Of a DNA stretch of 64,000 nt, positions 11,931 to 22,138 are shown piece by piece. Every line of letters starts with the position of its first letter. Positions within the stretch are counted from its first letter, which is position 1. A program made the translations under genes and the position numbers. The stretch comes from Klebsormidium nitens (lineage: Eukaryota > Plantae > Klebsormidiophyceae). The DNA lies in assembly GCA_000708835.1 (NCBI GenBank), contig DF237135.1, positions 92,400 to 156,399 on the forward strand, written 5' to 3'. The notes beneath the pieces are model-generated. The model worked only from the letters and a program-made list of their open reading frames with translations. It made no database searches and was not told the DNA's origin.

Positions 11931-14900
11931 ATGGGCGGACACGGTTGCATTGAGGATGACACAAGTCCGTTCTTGTCTTTGCCGGAAGCTTTGCAGCTGC
12001 TGATTGTGGAAAAGGTTGACCCGTACTCGTTGGGAAGGCTTTCGTGCTCATGTCAGCAGCTGCGAGCGCTGACTTCACTGGAAAAGCATCTCGCGGTAGC
12101 ACAGCTCTGGGAAAGGTATGCATGACCTATGCATAAGCATTTTCTCCCAGCTTCCTATATTATTGGCCTCGGAAGCGGGAGCGTTATGCCTTTGACGAGC
12201 ATTAAAACTTGAAGCAAAGGAGTGGCCCTCATTTCCTCTTACATTTGAGCTGGTTGAGCTGGTTGGACAAGTTGTCGCATGCAAGGAACACAAGATTCAT
12301 TGATGTACCTGATAACCATTGGCTTGCTGCTCTGATCATTCCCCTGCATTGACGAGTCGTTTGGCATTTTTGCAGGCACTGTAGGAGCTTGCTGGATCCA
12401 TCTATCATTGCAACGCATCTAGCATGGGGCCGGATCATAAGCAAGCCTGCTGGTTACGATGCTTCAAGGGTCACGTCCTTTTGGAGGTGTCTCTGGAAAG
12501 ACATGCTTGAACTGAAGACTGTTAGGTGGTGGCCAGGTGGTGGTATGGCTCTATTGGGGAGTCTGCACAAGCAAGAGGTCAAGGATGCTGCTCAAGAGCC
12601 GGGCTTGGAACCTGTCATGCTCAGCTTGTCAGACTCTCTGGCCCGAACGGGGCACACCGCAACTTCAGTGGGGACCTGGCAAGTGATAGTGGGTGGCTTG
12701 TCGCGAGAAGGGGGTCCTCTTATGGATGTCATCATTTTGGACCTGGTCAACTTCACCATAACCCGGCCGGTTGTTCGGAAGGGAGTTGCTGATCTTCCAC
12801 TAGGCCGTTTTAGGCATTCAGCCGTGCCTCTCCCACCAGTCCAGGACAACCCCCGGCTCCTCTTGTTTGGGGGCTACGACATGGAGGTAATTGTCAAAAG
12901 TTTCTCTGTTTTTTCAGGATCTAGACGTTTGCTGAGGCATTTGTGGCTGGCAGTCACCCTTTGACAGTGACTGCTTCTTGTAGGCCTAGCCTCTGTACAC
13001 TACTCTGTTGTGATGAATCTGTTTTGCAATTTCTGGTTAACGTGTTTACCAGTAGAACTGTCTGACAAATTTCTGCCCATGCTATTCAGGGGCGAGAATT
13101 TGGGATGGATGAGTGCCACACAGCCACGATTTCTCGAGATGGTTCGGAGGTCTTGTGGAACGTGGTGAAAACCTCGGGACAGGTTCCCTCCCCCAGGTTT
13201 CATCACACAGCAAACGTTTATGACAGGGGGCGGAAGTTGATAGTTTTCGGTGGCGAGGGTTCAGCCGTTGATGATCGATTGCACTGGACAGGGAACGAAG
13301 CAGTCAGTTTGGAAGGGGTGGAGGACGACCAGATAACAGTAGCAGCGTACGTTCTAGATTTGCAAACAATGGTGTGGGAAAAGAAGACAACGCGAGGGGA
13401 GATTCCTGGTGTCCGGTCACTTCACTTGACGACAGTGCATGAGGACTTGATAACAGGGAGAGAAAGACTTATTCTGGTGGGAGGATTCAAGAATGCTGAG
13501 CAGAGGCTGGCAGATATGACGGTGAGTAGCATGAGAAGAGAGCAGTGCGTTCATTTGGCAACTCCTTTGTCTGGCTGCCAGTGTGTCCGGCAGGTGTATG
13601 CAATTTTGTCAAGTTACGGATCTTGTTCTGAGATACTCTTAGGATTTTGTGAGCATCTGCAAGTTGCGGGCCGTAGCGTTTGGATACCTGGGTAATTGGT
13701 GACAGTATTAAGTAGCTCCTGCTTTTGTCTTCCGGACCCCTTTGAGTTAAGGAATGTTTTGCTGAGGTCGAGTGTGTGCTCTGTGCAGCCCTATGCTCTG
13801 GACCTGAGGACTTTTGAATGGGAGCATCCCAAGCTGAGTCCAGAAGATCTGCCACCTCCTCGCCATCGGAGTGCAATTTCCAAGGTAACTCTACACATTC
13901 TGTTGTTACTAAGCCAGATTCAGTTCAGCAGTTGGGATGCAAATATTTTCTTTGCAATTGGACTCAGTTGAGAGCATTCTTAGTGTTCGCAGCTTGTGAT
14001 GAGTGTGCCGTGCCCAGCTGGAGCCTAATCAGAGGTATGGCAGCAAGCAGGGGTCAGAGGTTTGGCAGCAAGCAGGGGTCAGAGGTTTGGCAGCAAGCAG
14101 GGGTTGAGGGACCTGACAAGTGTGCCCCAATCTGCCCGAGCATCCGGCAAGAGTTTTGCAACAGGCAGGGGTGAGAAACTTTGAGCCATTTTCTGCTGCA
14201 AGCCTGTAGCCTGTGCGCAGCTCTTACCTCTATTTGTGCACAATCCAGGTAGGGAATGACAAGGTGATGATAGTGGGGGGCGGCACTATCATCGATGGCA
14301 CGCCCCGGTTGCTGGACGACTGTCAGGCTCTGGACCTCCTGTCGCTTAGTTGGTGAGGTTTGCTCGATCTTACACCCGTTGGATGGTAGTGGCTTCTTAG
14401 GGCTGAAGGAAGTTGAGGCCTGTACCAAACCTGCTTGCTGGATTGCTCTGGCTTGCCTTCAGCAGAGACTCTTTTCAGGGCATTCTGATGCCTTCTTGAT
14501 TGTTCTGCATTCCTTTAGTTGTCTGGCTCCCTCAATGTTAGGATACTGCCTGTAGTCTGTTGCCTCATTTGGAGCGCGTGGCTTGTGTCCAGTGGTCGGT
14601 ACCTAATTTAGTTTTTGCCATGCACCTCTAGGAACTGTTCGATTGCTGGGCCTATTGCTAGAGAGGGTGTGCCGGAAGAAAAGCTCAAGTAAGGGCCCTT
14701 GCTTTGCTTGCAATCCGTCTGGTAGGGTCGAAAAGTGTTCAGCACCAAAGCCTCCCTGTTGGCTGCCCTCATCTAGCTTGTATACAGGACGTATGCAGAG
14801 AGGTTTGTACCGATTTCCCTTTAGCTTACGTTTTCTCCAATCCAGAAGGTGGGGTTTGCCACAGAAGCCCCTCGTCACCACCTTCCAGCATCTAAGGGAG

Positions 14901-16804
14901 ATGTGTGTGTGCAGGAGCAATCCTGAGGTGTATGACCGGGCGACCCGGGCCGTGTCAAAGACCGCAGGGCACACTGTGGAGAGTCTCTTGGTCTTTGGCG
15001 GATGTATTAAAGGTACAGTCCGGCAAGGTAACATGTTACTTGACAATCTGATTGCACATGTTTTGCACTGCTTACTGTGAAACTATATGCCATGTGCTCT
15101 GCTTGCTTCGTGGGCCTCAAACATGGTATGCAGGAGTTTGCTGATCGCCTTATCTGCTGCTCTCTTAGGAAAAGCTGGCTTGAGCTGAACTCATCATCTG
15201 TAACATCTGTTGGTTGCACTGGTGAAAACATAATGTGTAGAGGCCTAGAGGCCTAGTGTTATTCATTGGATGAAGATGTTTTGCTCCATCCCTAGCATTG
15301 CTACAGTTTTGACTTTTAGTAGGATTTAGCTCGTGTTCAAAGCGCTCAACGGGGACTGAATATGTCCTGTACATCCAGGATTGATTGATTATCTGCCAGT
15401 TTGTTGTTCCTTCTTTCTGCTGCAACGAGTTCTGAGAGCAAGTGCCCCTCTTAGAACATTTCAAATACGTGTTGCTTACTGGCAGAGTGTTAACCAACGA
15501 ACTCCGCTTGTATAAAACAGAAGAAAAAATGCTGTCTGCGTTTCCAGTTGATTCGACTGCACAGACCAGGCCTTTTGACATGTGTGCGCTAGCTGCAGCA
15601 CCTGGGTTGATTCCTAAGGCAAACAGAGATCAAGGGGTCCCTTTCTAATTTCTGACATATCATTGTAGAGATTGAAGACTCGGCCCCTGTACATCTCTGC
15701 ATTTATAGGCACCCGTTGCAGGTCTGCCTGGTTAAACCCTGATGCCAGCATTTGGTCCCAGTGTATCACGCAGGTGTCCTTGGCGTCATCCCTGTGGAGC
15801 AAGTCGAGATGCTGCTCATCAGCACCTGGCAGGGATCCCCCGAGCACCACCACCCCGCGCTTGAGGCGCCTGCCGCAGCAGGCGCCGCTTACGAGCAGGC
15901 CACTTTAGCCTTGGGGGGAAGCACTTCAGGCTTTGGTCGAAGGGAGCCCGAGATCTCCGTCCCTGAAACGAAACAGGCCCTGTCCCTGCTCGAGTCAAAG
16001 GACGTTTCGGCGGCGGCGGCGTTTGGCCCGAGCCATGGCGGGCTGGTGATCCCCATGTCGGGGGAGAGGGAGGAGCCAGCAAAGGCGCCCGTATCGTATG
16101 CGCCGGTTGCAGACCTCGCTAGGACCTGGGGCGCGACGAAGCTGCAGATGAATCTGCAAGTAGACAGAGTTCCGACGCAGAAGCGGGGGAGGGCATCGCG
16201 GCCGGTGCTGGACCTGAATCTGCCCCCCCCGTTGAGCGAGGAGGAGGAGCAGGACTTCCTGCGGGACGCTGCGCGGGTCGAGCAGCAGGCGCTGTTCTCT
16301 GCCAGCCAGGCAGGGGGGATGCAAGTGGAGGTAGGAGAGGACAAGGAGCAAGGGGGCCTGCCGGTGCCGCAGCCCAATCCGAAGCCGCGGTCGGCAGGGG
16401 GGCTGGCCAGGGAACCCCACCCTCAAGGGGTGCCGTTGGGAATAGCGCCCTCGCGGTCCACCCCTGGACTGGACTTGACGATGGAGGAACATGGGTTGCG
16501 CAGCCACGCCTGGGCGACAGAAGCGGTGCTCGTCCGGCATGGTCATGAGGCGGAGAAGCCTTCGCAGCCCCCCTCCGACTTCCCCCGGTTCGTCGAGCTG
16601 AGGTACTCTATGGAGCAAAAGGTTAGCAGCGACGGTGTGGGGCCGTCAAGAGAATCGGAGCCTACCCCGGGAATGCTCAAACGGGGATTGGTAGACCCAC
16701 CTAAGGAAATGGAGGGCAGTGGGCACTCGTCAGGTAATGGCTTAACCTTCAGAGGAGAATATGGTCCAGGAAACATGCTAGCTAAGCGGACTAGATTAGG
16801 GTAG
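11931..16804 (+). CDS. F-box / kelch-repeat protein with a long disordered C-terminus carrying an EAR motif (~818 aa, 7 exons)
   Basis: Exons 11931-12115, 12376-12886, 13090-13521, 13789-13884, 14249-14352, 14915-15012, 15774-16804; GT-AG introns, phases consistent. F-box: FLSLPEALQLLIVEKVDPYSLGRLSCSCQQLR. Kelch motifs: [62 protein letters not shown]. Confidence 0.88.
14039..14108. repeat. 25-bp minisatellite (~2.7 copies) in F-box gene intron
   Basis: Unit ggcagcaagcaggggtcagaggttt repeated in tandem. Confidence 0.9.
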
Positions 16805-17779
16805 ACAGCGGGCTGGAGAGACTCGGTGTGTTGCAAGGGGCTGGTTTCTCGTAGGCGAGTCCTTAGGGATTCAGGTGACCATATGCACCGAGTTATTAGG
16901 ACATACTAAAGCGCGCATAGGTGAGGTCCTGTATCGATTATGACTGACACTGGATCCGCTTACGTCTAGTTAAACTGCTTTCCTATGAACCAACTTGCAT
17001 TTGGATCGAGTTTGTGGGAGTGTGCTGCTTACTGCAGACTCGATTGTTCTCATCTTTGTACTTTGACGTACTCCCGTGCGCTTTGTGGTCACATACACAA
17101 TACCCTGGTGCAAGCGAACTTAGTTGCAACTGGGGGCCACTGAGAAACCGGATTCTTTGAAATCAAGCCTTTCACACCAATAAGGTTGCAAAAAGTCCAT
17201 ATGGAAGCATGCAGCTTTGCAAGATCGAAGCAGCAGCGCAGGATCGACAGAAACTTAAATATGGAGGCGGCGGGGCCCGTATACAGTGTTCACAGCCTAG
17301 CTCGTCGATGCATAATGTATGGCATGTGTGTCGGATTGTTTAAAGCCATGTATCAGTTGTTGACAGAATTAACCTTGTTCGCATGCATGTGTATGCATTG
17401 TCAAATTGCGTTGGATTCACATCACCGAGCTGCACATAATGCATGCACAGGCCGGGAACCCACAACTAGCCTTTTCATGTGAGTGAGCTGTGCTTTGAAT
17501 AAGTTTGGTGGTGCTATACTGGACCAGCGACTGCTACGATGCACGTACTCATGTGATGACCAGCCATTCGGCCTTTGATCAGCAGAGCTACTAAAGGCCA
17601 CCTTGGCGAATGAGTCTGGCTAGGCCTGATTAGCCGCACTTACCATGCGAGGATCAGAATCTAGAAAGGGTTGCATGGGATGAAAACTGCAGGATGCGGA
17701 ATAGTGGACCAACAGATACATCACGTCTTGCAATTGCAGAAGACCAGAGAATATGCCCAGAGTGTTATGCAGAAATGAG

Positions 17780-20700
17780 TTATAGGACATACACTTCTTC
17801 TGTTTGGTAAACGCTTGTAACCGAACCGAAGAAATCCGTCACTAGCACAGAATTAAACGGTCGCCGGAGAAGGTCGGTTCGCTTGTCCACATGCGATCCC
17901 AGACTCTCAAACCTGCAAGGTGGGAAGTGTGGAATCGTGAGCAAGAGGAGACAACAACACCGGAGGTCCACCATAAGAAAGGGCTGGTTGCCCAATAGAG
18001 CTAACCCATGGAGAATACCCGACATGGCCGACCGTTGGCACGTCCATGATAGACAAGCCGATTGCTGCTGATGATGACCAGCGTGTGCGTCCTCTTCAAG
18101 GGTCGACCTAGTGCAGTCCGCAAAAAGGGCTGAAGGCCTTTGGACTGCAAAAGAATTCTGTGGCCTTGAAACATTGGAAAGGAAGCGAGCACGAGAAAAA
18201 CGATTCGACGCGCGCGCACCGGAACACGTCGAAAAGCGCGCGCAGGGTTGCGGTGCTGGCGGTGGCGAGGCCCTCCATGAAGGCGAGCAGCTCGTACGTG
18301 AAGCGGTCGATGACGGCCACGCCGACGCGTGTGTCGATGTGGTGTGAATACGAGCTCTCGTCCTTCAGACTGCTGCCGATCGCCACGACGTTGGGGCTGT
18401 ACAGCTGTGCAAGAAATGGAGAAGCACGTCAATCAGGGATTCTGCAAGAATACTCGTAATGTCATGCGTTGCTGACGTGAGAGGCGAACGGGGATGTCAC
18501 GAATTGGGGACTCGCAGGCGCTGACCCCTTCGATTACGGGCTTCAAACGAAAGGGAAGGGGTCACCCGCCAGAAACTTAAATCTCGAGCCCAATCTTTTT
18601 ACGGACATTCTCAAGTCGACATGAGCCCAATCCGTGCTTTCAGGCTGTACTAGGCTTAAGCAGCGCTGGCCCAGATAAGCGTGTTTTGACCTGTTGGGTG
18701 CCATTCCAAGAGGCGACTGATGCAATGTATCTATTGCTCGATGTGCCGTAACAAATCCTGGCCGCAAATGTAGCTCTGACAACTCTCGACGAAGTGGGAG
18801 CTTTCTGCCCAACAGGGCTGCTGAGTCGCGCGAAGACGGCTCCCACCCACCTGGTTGAAGAGCGTGAACGCCTGACATGTGTCCGCGATGATCAGCATCT
18901 CATTGTACCTGCACCGTTGTTCATGTGTCAGTCTCTTGATGGTTACTCTCCGTAGATGGCATCTCAGGCAGCCTTAAGAACATTCAAAAAGAGAAAAGCA
19001 CCCAGCAGATCAATTGAAGAAGTCAACGAAGGCAAGCTTTTCGAGGGCGGGCTCGGGGCGGATGCGGCGTGAAGGATGCTTGCCTTTGCTTCTGGTGCAT
19101 TTGCTGCAGCGCATCTGCGAGGTCGTGCGCCTGCACATCAGCCCCAACTTCAGGTTCAATTGACCCAGGTTAAGATACAATAGGAGAACGGGGAGGACGC
19201 ACTAAACTTGAACCATGGATCCAATTTAAACTCGCTCCGCACCCAAACCCACCGTAAACCCCCATACTAAACGCAGCCGTCCACCGGGCCCTGCGCTGCG
19301 TGTGATCTCAATCTGGCAGTATTTTGGCAGACGTGCAAGCGATGCTCGCACTATTTCTCCCACATGTGAGTAAGACCAGAAGTGTATGCAGAACTGGCTT
19401 TTCTACCTTCAACGTGTGCTTCACGCATGCTCGCCTGTTGAAGATTTGGTTGCAATGTTGGCTGTTACCCCATCAACCCGAAGTCGACGCTACTCGCCTG
19501 CACTTGTTCCTTATCCTGGAACTTGAGGAACTCGTCGCCGCCGTGCCCCGTGAGATACACCAGCACGTTGCTGCCGCCGTCCGTGAGGAGCCGCTTCGAG
19601 CGCGGGACGGCGGGGTCGTGCCGCCCCGTCAGCACGCGCAGGAAGTTCTCGACGGTCACCTCGTACCCACGGTAGTCGACCTGCGGGGAACAAGGGTGGA
19701 CGTTGTTTGCGGCAGAGCAGCAGAGACGGCCATGAGGATTCCGTCTGGTTTGGTCGATGGGTTAGCGGAACCCGGGGCGTAGATGTATAGAGGGGCCTTA
19801 CGGAAGGTCCTGATGCTAGAAGAACAAGTTGATTGGAGAGAAGAGGCTCAAAGATGTAAGGAAAGGGTCCGACGCTCAGCATGGTGTATAGTAGACCCTG
19901 AGAGAAGCACAGCGGACAGCCAAGCACTTGAAAGAAGGTCAAAGAGGAGATAAGACACGAGATTGAAGAAACAGCTTGACGAACATCACAGCAGGCTCCA
20001 AGAAGCGGAGGGGGGCAAAGGCAGATGCTCTCTTCAGTAAAGCACCTAGGATGTTGTTCTCTGTGTGATGTGGCATGTCCTATGAGTTGCCCAAGCCACA
20101 ATCATCGACTTAAAAAGTCCGAGGATTCAAGATGGGTGAGAGTAGAAGGCCGCCAGAAGGGAGGCCATAAGAGCAGTTAGAAACTTCTAAACATTGGGGT
20201 CGTTTCTGGAGCGGCTTGAGACCTGGCTGCCTGAATAAGATACATGAAAGGGAAAACGGATTAAGCAGATTCTGCCACCTTTGAAGCAAGTGCGAGCGAG
20301 CCCGACCTCAATGTGTTCCCCGTACAGGTTCAGGCGGTGGTCCTCATTGTTGAACACCTCGGCCGCATACGTATTGCGCGGGTTGCACGCCATATCGTCC
20401 GCGAGCATAAGGATGATGTGGTCGTCGGGGATGCCCAGCCGCTTCACCGTGCGATACAACGACAGCGTGTTGGCAATGTGCCGGTAGTTGAACCTGGATG
20501 AAGAGAGTGGCTCTCGTTGGTGTCTGAGATAGAAATGCACCGGTAAAATGGCGTGATCTTGCAGCCTAGCAATCAAGTAGAGTAGCCTGGTGTGTTGAAA
20601 GCTGGTGGAAGTAATCTGTTGCCTCAACTGTGTTCAGGTTGAGGGCTAAGTTTCTGATGATCGCTCGATCTGTTACTTTGCCTCGGTGGTACTTTTGTGT

Positions 20701-21562
20701 AGTGGTATTTCAAAGCGAGGTCCCACAATTTGATAGTTCTTCGACCTGCTCGCCAACCCAGCTCGTATACAGACTTCTCACTAGTAATCTCACTTTTGAT
20801 GGAAAGTGACATTCCCATCAGAGTGCCGCCAGACCCACCCTGAAGCATTACTAGTGCGCAAGTGTGCTGGACATGATGACTCTGACATCAGCGAATATTG
20901 GGGGAATACACATGAATGCAGCAATTGCCGGGGGGGAGTGACACTTTCGGCGGCAGACACCAGAAACCCCAGCAAGCAAGCTGCAACCAACACCCAACAT
21001 AAGAGCAAAAGGCCCTTGCGAGAAAGGGGCCAAGACTTTCTGATCGTTCAATTCTGAAGCATCATGCCAGAAGATAGCCCCAAGTGTTGGGCAGAGAACC
21101 TTTGCAAGCTGCTCAGGCTTCAGGCACCAGTCAAATCTTTGAGCTTCTCGTCAGGAGAAATTTCAGCATTGGCCACATTGAGGTTTTCAGCAACAAAATG
21201 ATTGTGGTAGACTTGAACCAGCCGAGCTGTCGTCCTCCGGATCATACTGCCAAGCAGTCGTTCTCCTTTGTCCACAAAAGTATCCAGACTGAACTGTGCA
21301 GAATACTTGTCATCACAAAAATCATTTCTTTTCAGACAATGCACCACCATCATAGGAGCAGCCACGCTAGCACACGCTCCCAGGCTCACCAGTACCGTGA
21401 CGTGTCCACGAGCACTGCCCAATTGTTGGTGTGGTTGCTGACCCCCAGCCATTCCGCCGCCTCAGACGGCCGTACCTGAGCTGCATCAATGCATGTCAAA
21501 AGGAGCAAAAACAAACCCAAAGAAGCGTAGGTTAGCTGATACGAGAAGCAGCTAATGTTCAT
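17780..21562 (-). CDS. GPI8: GPI-anchor transamidase catalytic subunit (GPI8/PIG-K, peptidase C13), ~321 aa, 7 exons
   Basis: Exons (-): 21562-21390 (signal peptide [27 protein letters not shown] then [15 protein letters not shown]), 20493-20307 ([23 protein letters not shown]), 19680-19498 (catalytic His in [15 protein letters not shown]), 19130-19084, 18908-18851 (catalytic Cys in ADTCQA), 18404-18220, 17912-17780 ([10 protein letters not shown]). Two introns need GC donors. The 3' end is uncertain. Confidence 0.93.
19165..19316 (-). mobile_element. MITE-like element, copy D, inside GPI8 intron 3
   Basis: The reverse complement of the core reads ttacggtgggtttgggtgcggagcga (19230-19256). 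Inverted repeat ccaggttaagat (19165) / atctcaatctgg (19305), 10/12 matches. Confidence 0.65.
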
Positions 21563-22138
21563 GGGTTTCCTTACAATCGGGCCTCTTTGGTTTGCGAGAG
21601 GCCGTTCTGCACCTGCATCCTCAGGAATTAGGGTTTGGAAGCCATTGAGCTGACTTCGCGTGCGGAATCAGGAGGCCCCTGCCAATGACATTGACATTGA
21701 TGATTGAGGCATTGAGAGGCCCTAGCTGATCGAGTCTCTCTGATTGCCGTCCAGCAAAGCGCCAGGCTAGCCTGGTAACGTCACCGCCGGTGAGGCTTTA
21801 AAGTGCCCGGTTTCCGGCGACCTGGCAAAGGAACTTCAACCTAGAGAAAGGGCCGCGAAAGTCCAGCCGCCATGACGGCCCGGTCGTGAAGTTGCAAAAG
21901 TGCTTTGCTCGTTGGTCTTCTCGTCTTCCTTTTTGAATGGGAGAGAAAGTTGCCGTGCCTTTCCCTCCCATCACTGTTGATCAGACTTCACTGTCAGTGT
22001 CAAAAATATTAATAGAAGTTGAAGAGCGTTCAAACCTGTGTTGACGGGAGAAAGCAAGTGCGAGCTGACCTGTTAGTAGCGGCAATTTTTTTTGCGCAGG
22101 CACTGTTGACATTAGCTGCTCAGCGCTGGTTGAATCAC
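21563..22138. promoter_or_regulatory. Putative bidirectional promoter / 5' UTRs between divergent GPI8 and NdhS
   Basis: The two predicted start codons (21562 on -, 22139 on +) are head-to-head and 576 bp apart. Confidence 0.5.

Noticed and set aside
15752-16804. 350-aa ORF as a stand-alone gene
   Set aside because: It begins at a CAG acceptor (15773) and continues the kelch motif in phase (GGCIK-G-VLGVIPVE), so it is the last exon of the F-box gene.
20790-21008. Signal-peptide-like ORF ([19 protein letters not shown]) in GPI8 intron 1, phase-compatible with exon 2
   Set aside because: It starts at TTG with an upstream in-frame stop and no ATG. It would also delete the conserved HTNNWAVLV segment, and the real first exon already has a signal peptide.
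21628-21636. Telo-box (AAACCCTAA) upstream of GPI8
   Set aside because: The same word appears in introns (~318 and ~38160), so it has no positional specificity in this window.
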